From assembly GCF_030144855.1 (NCBI RefSeq), contig NC_082739.1, forward strand, positions 44,144,001-44,208,000: a stretch of DNA of 64,000 bases, read 5' to 3'. Numbering within the stretch: the first letter of the stretch is position 1; every line of letters begins with the position of its first letter. Position numbers and translations under genes: made by a program. The notes below the pieces were generated by a model, which was not told the origin of the DNA, ran no database searches, and was given only the letters and a program-made list of their open reading frames with translations. This document shows positions 24,101 to 39,100 of this stretch, piece after piece. The stretch comes from Hypanus sabinus. Its lineage: Eukaryota.

Positions 24101-27100
24101 TGCAATGCAGATTGAGTGCAGTTTACAAGATTTTGTAACCAAAGCGTGATGTGATCTGACCACTAGTTCTGAGATTTCTCATCATCTTCTATGGTCTTTT
24201 CAAAATTAATATACTGCATTTTCTCAACTCATGTATGGTGCTATCTCAGCATCTAAAATTTAAATGCATTTAAATACATTTCATAAATTTGGGCCATAGC
24301 CAAAGTGAACGCATGCAGTCTTTAGTTGGACACTTTGGTTGGAGCAGTTTGGCTGGTGGGCCAGTTTCCATGATGTACTACTGTTTGCCATGGATTTCTT
24401 AAAAAATGATATTCTGTTCTGTGTGTTGTATAACAGGACCAAGGTTAGAGGAAATTTATCTGAATTACATCTACATCAATGTGGGAACGAATCCAGTGGT
24501 GTTTATCTATTAGATACATTGTGCAGCCCATGAAAAGACATTTTGAACATATACTGGGAATATATATCCTTAAAACTTCCATTTCTAATAGATACAGCTT
24601 ACTCATTTGTAGTGTTTCCATTTTATATTAATATTGCCATACACACCCCTACCGAAAGAGAATAGAAACTAATTTTAATAAATGCTTTAAGCAAAATCAA
24701 AGGATATCTTGCATCTAAGTGTCCTTTCTCCGGTTTTCTGGACTGAATTTGAAACAGAGTTATTCTCTGTTCTTTGGCAGGATATTCCAAATTTTTGGCT
24801 TTTCAAGATTCTCTCTGAAAATTGTTATATCTTTCTGCTGTGAATTCCATACTGGATGAGTCCCCTGACAAATACATTAGGATTTGGTGACTAGTTGTAT
24901 TCTCTGCCAAAGGGTTGCCCTTTCCATTTTGCATGGCTTGTTTTGTAGTTTATTTGGGGGCTGATAGACTGAAGGTCAGTGGATGGCTGCAACGGGTTTT
25001 AAGTCAACAACATAGGCACGACTTAGTGAAAAGGTAGAAAGCTACATGCAACAGTGACACCCAATGACAACCATCATGACAGACACACATGGACAAACTA
25101 TTGACTAGGATTATCTTGTCAGAAGTGAAGACATTCCACCCATTTTTCACTAGAAGACAAGAGGAGTTTCTGCTCCAATGATTATCATACTCAGGGAAGA
25201 TAAGCTTAGCTGAGTATTATCCTAAATGTAACAATGCCAAATTAAAATTGAAGCAAATTATGTAACAATTAAAAATGACTCAAACAACTTACATATTTGT
25301 GTTACTCTTCTAAATTAACAAAATACATATTCAGGATAATGGACACTGAACAACAAAAATATTTTCCGCTTCATTGTTAATTACTGAAGCAAATGAAGTA
25401 GGCTGTTTAATCTTAATAATAATGTAACCTGCTCCTTGATACAGTCTCTTCTGCTTAAAGAGTTTTGATTGAATTGAATGATCTTTATTGTCATTATACA
25501 CAGGTACAATGAAACTCCATTTGGCTTCCTCTCAGGCAATCAAACAAAGTGGTAGATAAAAACAAGACAGTAATAGAAAAACGGTATTAAATAGATAAGT
25601 AGCAGTAATGCACAAAGTGCCGTTAGTGCAAGTATTTGAGTCCTTGCGTGTGCTCACAGTTTCAGTCACTGTTCTGTGGGAGTGATGTGATGGAGGGCAT
25701 AGCTCTGGGGTAGAAGCTGTTCCTCAGTCTATTTGTTCTGGTTTTCAGTGTCCTGAACCTTTTGCTGGATGGCAGCAGGTCTAACAGAGAGTGGCCAGGG
25801 TGAGTGGTGTCTCTAGTTATGCTGATTGTTTTCCCCCTGAGTCTGCTGGAGTAGATGGTGTCCAGTCCTGGGAGCTCCATCCTGACAATTCGCTGGTCCG
25901 CCTTTACCACGCGATGTAGATCTTGTCGCTCAGTGGCTGTGCAGCTAGCATACCACACTGTGGGGTTGTTGGTCAGGATGGATTCAATTATGTTTCTGTA
26001 GAAGTTAAGCAACAGCTTTTGTGGGAGTTTGGCCTGTTTCAGCTTCCTGAGAAAGAAGTGTCTTCGTTGTGTCTTTTTTACAAGCAGCGAGGTGTTGGTT
26101 GTCCATGTCAGCTGTTTTGACAACATAACTCCAAGGAACTTCAGGTTTTCCACACATTCCACTACCTCTCCTTGTATATAGAGGGGGGTGTGTACTCTGA
26201 TCTCCTGAAGTCAATGATCATCTCTTTTGTTTCAGAAGTTTTAGGGACCAGGTCGTTGTCCTTACACCACTCTGTCAGATGATCCACTTCGAGCCCTGTA
26301 GGGTGTTTCATCCTCGTCCGAGATCAGGCCAACCACTGTGGTATCGTCCGCAAATTTAATTATGGAACTGGAGGTGTAGATGAGGGTGCAGTCATGTGTG
26401 AAGAGTGTGTAGAGCATAGGGCTCAGCACACAGCCCTGCGGGTGCCTGTTTTTAAGATGAGGGTGGTGGAGGTGTGCTTACCAATTCTGACTTGCTGTGG
26501 TCGGTCTGTGAGAAAGTCCATGTCCCATGAGCACAGGGAGGACCAAGGCCAAGAATGTTCAGTTTGCTGACCAGTTTATGGGGGATGACTGTGTCAAATG
26601 CAGATCTGAAGTCCACAAATAACATCCTCACATAGGTGTTCAGTTTCTCTAAGTGAGTCAGAGCAATACAGAGGGCTGTTGTGATTGCATCCTCAGGGGA
26701 GCAATTTGCCCGGTAGGCAAACTGGTGTTTGTCCAGATCAGGTGGGATTATAGCCTTAACGTGTGAGAGCACAACTCTCTCAAAGCACTTCGTGGCAATG
26801 GGTGTCAGCGCTACAGGGCGATAGTCATTCAGGTACTTCACAGCTGATTTTTTGGGCACTGGGATGATGGTGGAGGTTTTAAGGCATGTTGGAACAGTGG
26901 CAGTTGGTATAATAGGACAGTACTTGAAAAGAACTGGTGTTCTATACATTAAATTGCCCTTGTGAAAGAACAGTAGAGATAAGAAGTCCATAGAACAATC
27001 GCAGCCGTCATATATTCAATCACATTTTGCTTCCTTGCAATGAACTGTTACGAGAAACCATAGAAAAAAACCAATGACTGGAAAAGTCACTTGCATTTGC

Positions 27101-30100
27101 ATTTCAGCTTGCCCTGGTTTGGAGCCACAGTTCTATGACTTTAAGAAGTGTGGTTAACTGCAGCAATTGTAAGTGAGATGTGTGGTATGCAGCTGGGTAT
27201 GCCTTTAGCATAGGCTTTGGTGACCACAGTAGAAAATTGTAAATCGCTATCAATTAATTGTCAAGCTGTCAATCGCTACACTTTGGAGCCACAAGAGACT
27301 GCAGATGTTGGAAATGTGGAACAAAAATCAAACTGCTGGAGGAACTCAGTGGGTCAAGCAACAGCTGTGCAATGTCTTTTCTTTCTTTTCAAATTTTTTA
27401 TTAATATCAAAATAGTGGATATAACATAATATTGCTACACAATTATTGGGATTACATTGTTAATGGATGACATATTCAGTTAATACAAAAGTAATAGCCC
27501 TCCCAAAAATGTTCGAGTACAAATGTAGAATGTATAAAAAAAAAGAATTAACATATCCAAAAAGGAAAAAAGAAGAAAATATACCCCCCAAAAAACTAAT
27601 CTAAACAAAAATAACCAAAAAAATTTAAAAAAAAAAGAACATGGGCTGTTTATAACATCGAAAAAAATGGATCATTAGTGTCATCAACTCTGAACCTCCC
27701 TGCATATATTAACACAAGAGAGTAGATTTGGAAAGAGGTCAGATCACATCATATGAAAGTGTTGAATAAAAGGCCTCCAAGTCTTCAAATTTTATAGATG
27801 GATCATATATAACACTTCTGATTTGGGAAAAAAAATTCTTCAATTTGTTAACTCATCCTCTATATGTGCTAAAATTCGTTGATACGGTCAAAGTAGTGCA
27901 CACGGCCCATATGTCTAAGGATAAATTAGCTCGTTATTATTCTCATACAAGTCCAGTGTGTGATAGGTGACAGTCTGAGACAGCCTCTTTAACCCATATG
28001 TTTTGGTCATGTTCCTCTTTGGAAAAAATATTGGGAAGATACCTTTGACATTATTTCAACTGTTTTGAATATTGATTTACAACCTCATCCTATTACTGCA
28101 GTCTTTGGTTTACCAATGATAGAACCACACTACTTAACCTCTTCAGCATGTCGGATGATTGCATTTCTTACATTAATGGTTAAAAGATCTATTTTGATGA
28201 ATTGGAAAGAGATTAATCCTCCCACCACATTTCATTGGTTCTTTCAAACTATGTTATGTTTAAACTTAGAAAAAATCAGAAGTGTTAACAGCTGTGCAAT
28301 GCCAATTTGTCAAATTATTACATTTTTACCATTTTTATTTTGATTGCAAATAAAAGTTAACAAAAGTTCACCAAGCTTGTAAATGTGAAGATTAGAGGAA
28401 TGTCTGGATTGAGATCTACAATTGTAGAAATCAATAGCATATAGTGTGCAAGTTATGGTTTTAAATAAGATAGCTTGAGAGGTAATATTTCATTCCAAAA
28501 ATGAAGTGTTGCCCTGCCTTTGTTTATCGCAGCATGTCACCTATTATTACAGATCAATAACATTAAGAAATGCATTGTTACAAAAATCAGTTTATAATCA
28601 ATCAAACCATATTATTAAAAAATCTTAAAGTAAGCTGGGAAAGATAAGATGTTACAATGAGGATGTCATTAGTTCCAGTCTTTGCAAAGATTATGTTCGG
28701 TTGGTTCAGGTTATGGTCTAATTCAAGTAGTCACAAATTTGATTGACTGTATGAAGGCTGCTGGTATTGTGCAATATTTTTTGTCGCTATTTGAGAACAA
28801 GGATAATTTACTGTGTGCAATATCACAAATTTTCAAATACGTTTTAATGGAAATGGTGAATTTATAGCAGTGGCTTTAGCAACTAAAAATTATTTGTGCA
28901 TAAATGATTTCACAGTCCCCAAGCCAGTTAAGTAAATAACTGAATTTGTTGAGATAGTTGAATTTTTGTCAACACTCATACTCTTTCCAAAACAGGAATG
29001 AGAACACATAGGAGATAACTGATATTGGATCCTGTGCAATGCTGTTTTTGAAATGTGGATTGTGAATGCTTATGAATTGTAGGGTGACACTGTAATGATT
29101 ACTGTAATGCTTTATATCTCCACCTGCATGTTCTCTCTGTGACTGCATAGGTTTCCTCCAGCAGCTCTGGTTCCACCCACATTCCAAAGATGTATGGTTT
29201 GGGGTTACTATGTTATGCTATGGGCATGTTATATTAGTCTTGGAAGCATGGCAACACCAGCGGACTGCCCCCAGCACATCCTATGACCGTGTTGGCCATT
29301 GATGCAAATGACACATTTCACTGTATGTTTCGATGCTTCAATGTTCATGTGACAAATAAAGCTAATCTTTAAGCTTTATCTCTTTAAATTGCTTGACTCC
29401 AATGAATTTCACAAGGAAGTCATCTCCTAAACTGGCCCAGCTCCATTATAGGTATCATACCAAAAGCTCCTCCTAGAGAACTTGTCCTGTTTCATTAAAT
29501 ATATTTTCCCTTCCTTCCATTTCAAAAAAAAATTGAGATCTGATGAAGGTTCTCAGCCTGAAACATTGACTATACTCTTTTCCATAGATGCTGCCTGGCC
29601 TGCTGAGTTCCTCCAACATTTTGTGTGTGTTGCTCAAAAATACTTCTGTTCATTAACCTGAATAATCATGTATTAGGAATGTTGCCAAATGTGTTACCAT
29701 ACCAATCTGAACATATTAAACAGTTCTATCCCCAGCCTATATTGATTAAGATCATTCCAATCATAAAATCAAGGTCTAATGTTTTCTTACATTTTAGTTT
29801 GTAATGTCCAATGTTTTTATTTGATTTTCACTCTTAAATCCTTGATTTTTGGAATACTTAATTTATATCTGTTCTCTTATATTTTAATGCTCTATTTAAA
29901 GCTTTTGTAGTTCCTCCTACCCCAATTTATTACTTAATCTTCCAATTGAAAGCTGACTTTCTAAACACAAGAGATTCTGCAGACGCTAGAAGTCATGAGC
30001 AGCACATGCAAAGTGCTGGAGGAATTCAGCAGGTCAGGAAGCAGAAATAGAGCAAAATATACAGTTGATGTATTGGCTTGAGATCCTGAATCAGATTACA

Positions 30101-33100
30101 TCAGATAGACTTTCTAATCCTTATCTGATAATACTTTAGCACTGTCTATCATTTTTAATAGATTTTGTGAAACCACTTTAAATAAATATAGTTTTCTGAA
30201 CATGTGTTTTCCCCATCTCCCCTCCATGGACTCTGTCTACGCTTATTGCTGCCTCAGTAACGCAGTCAGCATACTCAAAGACCTCACCCATCCCAGACCT
30301 CTCTTCTCCCCTTTTCCATCAGGCAGAAGATACAAAATCCTGAAAGCACATACCACCAAGCTCAAGGACAGCTTCTATCCCAGTATTGATCTGTTGAATG
30401 GAACCTTATTTCAACAAGATGGATACTTGACCTCATAATCTACCTCGTTATGATCTTGTACCTTATTGCCTACCTGTGCTGCACTTTCTCTGTAATCGTA
30501 ACACTCTATTCTGCATTGTGTTGTTGTTTTACCTTGTCCTACCTTAATGCACTGTTGCAATAATTCATCCAAGTGAATGTACGAAAGACCAATTTTTTAC
30601 TGTATCTCAGTATATGTGACAATGATAAGCCCATCAACAATTAATTATTGTGATCAACTCATAGATAGACATATTCACATTTTAATATATTAAGGTAATT
30701 ATTGTCAATTAACTGACCAAAAGCACGATCTATTTAAATTGGTAAACTATGCTGCTGATCTCGTTATGAGTGCATGATCTTGGATTATGTCTGTAGTAAA
30801 AAATATGACTGTATATGTATTATTTCTGCTGATAACTTGTTTCTTTATCTTTATCTGTCTGAGCCATTATGCACATATTCCTCATGCTTGGCCTTAACAA
30901 AAAAGCCTTTTCATTTACAGATTTTATTTATTCTTCCATTTTATGAAGAAGTTAGTTGTTTTTAAATATTTCCCTTAGAGAAAATATCCATTTCATGTGT
31001 TTAATTTTGGTTGTGTTCTTGTCATCAGTACGGCTGCATTGCCACTTTCAAATATCTACACTATTACATTCTTCTTTCTTTTGCAATTTTTTATTAATAT
31101 CAAAATAGTAAATATAACATAGTATTGCTACACAATTATTGGGATTACATAATTAATGGTTACATATATAAATATATAATCAGTTAATACGAGGGTAATA
31201 AACCTCCCAAAATTGTTCAAATACAAATATAGTATACATAAAAAGGAAGGGTTAACATAGCCAAAAAAAAAGAAAAATAAAAAAATATATACCCCAAAAA
31301 AACCTAATTTAAACAATACTACCAAAAGCTAAGCAAAAGAAAAGAACTTGGGCTGTTTATAACATCAAAAAAGAAAGAACAATTAGTGTCATCAACTCCG
31401 ATCCTCTCTGCATGTATTAAAACAGAAGAATAGGTTTGGAAAAAGGTCAAATCACATCATATGAAAGTGTTGAACAAAAGGCCTCCAAGTCTTATTAAAC
31501 TTAATGGATGGATCACATATAACACTTCTGATTTTTTCTAAGTTTAAGCATAACATAGTTTGAGAGAGCCAATGAAATGTGGTGGGAGGATTCATTTCTT
31601 TCCAATTCAGCAAAATAGATCTTTTAGCCATTAATGCAAGAAATGCAATCATCCGACATGCTGAAGAGGTTAAGTGATGTGGATCTATCATTGGTAAACC
31701 AAAAATTGCAGTAATAGGATGAGGTTGTAAGTCAATATTCAATACAGTTGAAATAATATCAAAGATATCTTCCCAATAATTTTTCAAAGAGGAACATGGC
31801 CAAGACATATGAATCAAATTATTTTAGCAAGTCCTATTATACCTAACTTTTTTTTTATCCCTCTATTATGGACCAAGCCTATTTGACTTGGAAAACTAAA
31901 GGTATATTACGATTTTGTGATTTATTTTTGGATAATTGTTTCATGTCCTTTGAACAATTAGCTAACAAATATAATTTACCTAGATCCCATTTCTTTAGAT
32001 AATTACAGGTTAGAAACTTTTTAAATACTGTTCTTCCTACTTTCCCGAATCTATATTCTATGGATAGTTTGGAAAAATTTTTAGATTTAAATCCTTTTCA
32101 GAAAGGTGCAATAGCAACTATCTACAATATAATTATGAAAATCCATTTAGATGTATCTAATAAAATTAAAAATGATTGGGAAAGAAAACTTAAGCTATTG
32201 AAAAATGGGAAAAAAATTCTTCAATTAGTTAATTCATCCTCTATATGTGCTAAACATTCGTTGATACAGTTTAAAGTAGTGCATAGGGCCCATATGTCTA
32301 AGGATAAATTAGCTCGTTATTATTCTCATATGTCCAGTGTGTGATAGATGTCACTCTGAAACAGTCTCTTTAACACTATTACGTTCTTAATTATCTTTCA
32401 ATTTAACACTTAAAAGAACACATTTTCTTTATGTGTGTTCGTCATACTTTTTAGCAATGTTGATTAATAGGTATCTTTGCCCTTGTTCATCTTGTATTGC
32501 TGTTGATGATATACTTTTATTTTGAACATAGCAGCAATCCACATAATGTTGGTTATTTGTATTAATACAATAATGGTAGGTCCTCTTTTTTAAAAAATTT
32601 AAAGTTTGCATGAAAATAATTGCAGAATATCTTTCACATAAAGATTACTATCAACCATACTATGAAACATTTCATTTGACCATTTACTCAATTGTCAATG
32701 TTTGGAAGATATAAATGAGATTTATAGCAGATATAAATATACCCTGGTGCATTTGCAGTAAATCGACATCCTGAACTGAATAACAAACACAAATTGATCA
32801 AATCCTTTGTTACAAGCTTTTGTCCATTTCTTCAAATTTTTGAGTAGCACTCCAAACACTTGGTGCTTTATGTGATGTAACGTATTGCTCAACATTTGTC
32901 CAAAAGTTGATGAATTTAGAGCACGTAAATTTCAGTAAATTCATCATAAAGCATAACTTTAACAAATCTTTAAAAGAAGCACAAAATTAAAGAGGTACAA
33001 TTGTCACTTGTACCCAGTGAAAGGAACCAATAGAAAATAAATAACTTGTCCAAGAGTTGTGATCTAAACTCGAGCATAAGTTGGGCTGTGGGCTATCTTT

Positions 33101-36100
33101 CTAACTGAGGTACTTTAGTTACATTTTCTAAGACCTGAAAGGAGACATTTCAGCCATTTTCTGCTAGATTGATCAAAGCATTACACTGGCACTGGAAAAT
33201 AACCTTGTAGTGAGTAACAAACAACTCATTTTCAAATCAAAAACTTAAGTATCAATCAGAATCACTTATCAGTAATTGTTTAAGTCAGATATCAGTGAGC
33301 TCAAAACATTTCAGGCCTTAAGCACTTAAAAAACCCTCATGGCATTCTCAGAATATTTCACAGCATTTTACAATGGGTGTTTTTTTCCCCAAATATACTG
33401 CTACACTTATTCACCATGGAAATGGGACAGATAATTAGCATCTAGCAAGATATTCAACTAAAGAATGACTGCATTGTTTGATTTTGCTCATGATGATTGA
33501 ACGAGGAAACTTTGGGTAAGCATTGTAAAACACCTTTCTGTTAGCTAAGTGGTACCACATAATTTTTTGTCATTATCACAACAGGAAGACATCATGTAAT
33601 GTAATCAACCCACCTGGCTTCTCCTATCACATTCTAGCTAGCCTCCTTCCCCTACCCTCCATCTTTTTATTCTGGGGTCTTCCCCTTCATTTTCAGTCCT
33701 GAAGAAGGGTCTTGGTCTGAAAGGTTGACTGTTTATTCATTTCTATAGGTGCCGAGTTCCTCCAGCATTTTGTGTGTGTTGCTTTGGATTTCCAGCATCT
33801 GCAGAATCCCTCGTGATTCGTGATCATGTAATGCTTCCTGTACTTAAGAATCAGATTCAGATTTCTTACCACTGATACGTATCATACAAAATATGTAATT
33901 TTTGTGGCAGCAGTACAGTGTGAAGCTTTAAATTACTATCAATTTAAAAAAAAATGTAAGAAAAAGGAAGTAATTAAGTAATGCTCAACGACTATTTAGA
34001 AATCTGAGTGGAAAGGGCAGAAGCTGTTTCTAATTGTTGGTTGTGGATCTTCAGGCTGATTCCTCCATCCTGATGGTAGAAACAAGATGAGGACATGTCC
34101 CAAATGTTGAAGATCCTTAATGATGTATTCAGCCTTCTTGAGGTACTGCCTCTTGAAGATCACCATGATGGTGGGGAGGGTTCTGCCCATGATATACCCC
34201 TCTTGCAATCCTGTGCATTGGGGTGTTCATACCAAGCTGTGATACAACCAGTCAGAATGCTCTCCACTGTATGTCTTTAGTAATTTGTAAAAGTCTTCAA
34301 TGATATACCAAATCTATGGAGTAAAGCCACTGGTGTGCCTCCTTCATGATTGCATGAATGTGCTGAGCCCAGGATAGATTCCCAGAGACGTTGACACTCA
34401 GGAACTTGTAGCTGCTCATCCTTCCCAGCAATGACCCCTCAATGAGGACTGGTGTGTGTTCTTCTGACTGACTCTTACTGAAGTCCACAATCAATTTCTT
34501 GGTCTTCCTGTTGTTGAGTGAGAAGGTATTGTTCCAACATCATTCAACCAGCTGGTCTATTTCTCTTCTATACAATTCTTCATCATGAACTGAGATTCCA
34601 CCCATAATGGTGGAGCCATCAGCAAATTTGTAGATGGTACTTGATCTGTCCTTATCCACACAGTCGTGAGTGTAGAGAGTAGAGCAGTGGGCTAAGCACA
34701 CATCCATGAGGCAACAAAACAGCATCCACAGAATGACATTGAAGTATAAGCCATGGATATTTGGAGTCTTTTTCAAAAATTCAGCAAGATGGATAAAATG
34801 TGTCTCTGGGTAACAAAACATTTGTTATAGCAACACACACAAACTGCTGGAGGAACTCAGCAGGCCAGGGAGCATCTATGGAAGATAGTACAGTCGAATT
34901 TTGTACCGAAACCCTTCGGCAGGACTGGAGAAAAGAAAAAGATGAGGAGTAGATTTAAAAGGTGGGGGGATGGGAGAGAGAAACACAAGGTGATAGGTGA
35001 AACCTGGATGGGGAGGGATGAAGTAAAGAGCTGGGAAGTTGATTGGAGAGATGAGGTGAGAGAGGGAAAAAGGAGATGGGAAATGGAGAAGGGGGGTGGT
35101 GGGGGTCATTGCTGGAAGTTTGCGAAATCAATGTTCATGCCATCAGGTTGGAGGCTACCCAAATGGAATATAAGGTGTTGTTCCTCCAACCTGTGTTTAG
35201 CTTCATCACGACAGTGGAAGAGGCCATGGATGGACATCTCAGAATGGGAATGGGAAGTGGAATTGAAATGGGTGGCTACTGGGAGATCCTGCTTTCTCTG
35301 GCATAGAAGCTCAGCAAAGTGGTCTCCCAATCTATGGCGATTCTCACAGAGGTACAGGGTTTTGGCCTGAAACGTTGACTGTATTTTTTTTTTCATAGAT
35401 ACTGCGGGGCCTGTTGAGTTCGTTCAGCATTTTGTGTGTGTTGCTCGGATTTCCAGCTTCTGCAGATTTTATCTTGTTTGTGGTTTGAAAACATTTGTCA
35501 TATTTGTGCTTATATTCAGTTCTGCACATTGCTTGACCACAAATGCATCAGGGTATATTTATATCAGATCTATCTAATTGTTCCAGGGCTGAGATTAATA
35601 CTGAGCAAGCCAATTATGACTTACAATTAATAAGTAAAGAGGTATGCATAGTGTTGGTGGAGAGACTATGAAAGAACACTTGGCTTGCCTATTCCACAAA
35701 TACAGGCGGTATTAAAGATCCAGTAGTAATATTTTAAAGTGCGCATATGTGTTGTCTGGTAGCCCCACACAGTCTTTCATCATCATTCACAATAAAATTG
35801 TTACTGACTGAATTTCTTGGTTTGGCTTGTGCACTCCTGCAACTAATCTGGGATACAGTACATAGAAAAGGCAGGAGGCCTTTAGAGTTAGAGTCAGAAG
35901 GCAGCTAAGCCAGTGATGATGCAGTCAGACAGTTATCAAGGATTCTTTGAGTAGAACATCCCTCCATGCTCTAGTTAACTGTAGCAGATGGTGGAAGCTT
36001 TGCCCACTCTCCAAGCCTGTTGGACTGATTGCTTCCTGATACTGTGAAGGACCCTTCACAATTCCATAATGGAATAAGTAATCTTACATATTCGTGGCAG

Positions 36101-39100
36101 TGTACTGGAAGAGAAATAATTTCATCAAATAGCCTTTTCATGTGTTAAACATGCCATTATGATTCATGCCTTATGTACTATAATTAATATCTTGAAGAGA
36201 AAAACATAGATTATTGCAGCCACTGCTTGAAAATCCAATACATGGACCTGTTTATAAAGTTCCAAAGTTGAGCCAGTAATCCTGAGCAGACCTTTAGAAG
36301 AGAGAATCTCACTCTGCTGATACAATGGTTTATACATCTTAAATATAAAAATAATGATAACTTCAGGTTCAATAGATAAAATCACCTACTTAACTTTAAC
36401 ATCTTGAATATAGTCAGGTAACTTTGCAGAATTACATATTTTAAATCACAACTAGCAAAACTTTGAACTTGGAATATTCAATACTGATTGTGTTTTTTTT
36501 CTGAAAGCCTCTGAGCACAAACTCTAGACACTCAAAATATACGCCTTTTTTATATAATGTTGATGGATGGCTCCTTGAATATAAAACTAGTCAGAATATT
36601 AAGTGATAAAACAAAACAGTGGCCTGAACTGCACATTAAGTCGTAGGGATACACCTTTAACAATGTGTTAGTACAAGAAATGGTCACTTAATGCCTTCCT
36701 GATCTCATTCTGAAGTTTTCCATGATCACCAATTCATTAGTTGTCTTCCCCTGCATAGATTTAAACGGGACAGAATTAGAATATCCCTATGGCCCTAACC
36801 CCATGATTGGTGCCATGGGCTACAAAATATCAGTGGAGGCTTGTGGACAGATTGTATTTCCTGGTTCTCATTTGAATTAATAACTCCTATAGTCACCTAA
36901 TTCCATAAGTCCTGAATAAATCCCAACAGACTATAAAAATAATAAGCACTTTATGGTAATTAAAGTACACTTTGGAAGATTGAAACTAGCATCTGTATAA
37001 TGGCATCTAAAAACCCAAAACATAAACATGCTTATGCTTATGCTTATGTTTACCTGCTGATTTTTTTTTTCAGATTTTTGCTCCGTTTTTTATTTTCGTA
37101 AATTTGAATCCCAATGTTCAACCATGCTGGGTCTGCATCCATGTTGGAGACTGTATTTTATAAATGTGGCAAATGGATTTCAATTTACACTAAGACAAAG
37201 TTATTGTTTTGTATCTGAATAACCTCAAATGGAGAACTTCCGATGAAGAAGAAAGTTGGGGCTTTATGTTCAGTAAGCTGTCACAATCGGGTACAGAAAG
37301 TAATCAAAAAGATGATTGGATGCAATTTTTTTATATGCAGAGTCCAGTGGGGTAGATGTTATGCCTCAACTATATAAATATGTGATTGGATACCAGGAGC
37401 ACTTTGAACAGATCTTGGGGAACACTCCTAAATTTCCTTTGTGTAGTATGAGTTCTGGATAGATTCTTAACGTCCAACGAAGTCCATTTGCAGAACATGC
37501 AGATAAATGCCCATGGGACATAGAGAAATCAAGGTTTAACTTTTATTCAAGGATTCCTCAAGAGTTTCTCGCTGGAACTTAATATAGTTACCATTACAGC
37601 CCAGAGAGCTGTTAGTCACATGGTATAAAATTTAGTAATATTAAAATGACATATATTGCTCAGGATCAAAGATATGTACATTACAACATTAGATGAAATG
37701 ACATGCAACTTTATCAGAATGGCATCTAAAACCCCTAGGTTTAAATTATGAGACGAGATTAATCATAACAAGTATTGCATTTACTGAAATTGTGAAGGCT
37801 AAAAATTGATTTCAGTTCTTAATGTAAGATGCAAAACTCAAAGAAGATATTAAAAGGAACGTGTGGCTGCCACTCAGGAAGTTACACAAAGTATATAGTT
37901 TAAAATCTTGATGCCATTTGTATTGATTGATTCATTGCTTTTTGAAATGCTTATTTATAAAAGATGCTTCAACAAAGATTTTGATTATCTCCATAATACT
38001 TTGAATCTGTCATTATGATGGAATTGCCTTCAGGCATGCCTTATGTAGGGCTAAGCTTCTAAAATAGTACACATCATCGATACTTTTTTCACAAATTTAA
38101 TATCCAGAAAATATTCCAAACCACTTCTCAGGGATGTTATCAAGCGATGCTGTTACAGCTTGGGGCATTCCGGAGTTCAAAGTTCAATTCCGGCGCTGTT
38201 CTGTAAGGAGTCTCTGTATGTCCTCCCCGTGGAATGCATCAATTTTCCCAGGTTCTCCAGTTTCCTCCCACAGCCCAAGATATACTGAATAGGTTAATTG
38301 TTATGTTATTCCTCTCCACGCCTTGTGGCGCATCAGGTGGCAATCTCGCCATTTCTTCAGCATTTTGTCTTTTTTTATGAGGCCGAGTTGCTGGCTCAAC
38401 CCAGCACCAGATTCGAACCCGAGACCACTTGCCTCCAAGTCTGGCGCTGATGCCACTGGTCGGCTGGAGTAAGTTAGTTGGTCATTGTAAATTGTCTTGT
38501 GATTAGGTTAGGATTAATTGGGGTTGTGGGTTTGCTCGGATAGCACAACATGATGGCCCAGTAGTCCTACTGCACGTTGTATCGCTAAATGTATAAAATA
38601 AAATTTGGCACTAAGGCACATTTGGACAGACACATAATGGCAAAGAGGTAGTGGTTATTAAATACCTTAAGAGAGCGACAACTATGTAGAGAGATTTAGG
38701 TGGGAACATTCAGAATTGAGGGACTTAGGGTGACCTAAAGGCATGCCTGTCATCGATGAAATAATTAAACTATTCCGGCCTGTTCAAGAGGTCAGAATGG
38801 AAGAGTTAAAAGAGAACTTAATTTTAGCATTGCTTATTATAGGGAGGAGCAATGTTTTCCAAACAGTTATGCTGGCGTCATTCAAGATACTCACAACTCC
38901 TAAATCTGAAGGATTTGATTATTGCATTCTCTGTTGGAATACTGAACCAGAACAGAATTTGAAGTGCTTTGACTTTAGCAAATACTGTAATTTTTCAGCT
39001 GGGTGCTGTAAGGGAGGGCTGCAAACCAAGTGATATTGTTTAATTAGAGAAGTATAGGAAGTGTTGCCTAACAAAACTTCAAACCGCTTTAGAACCAGTG

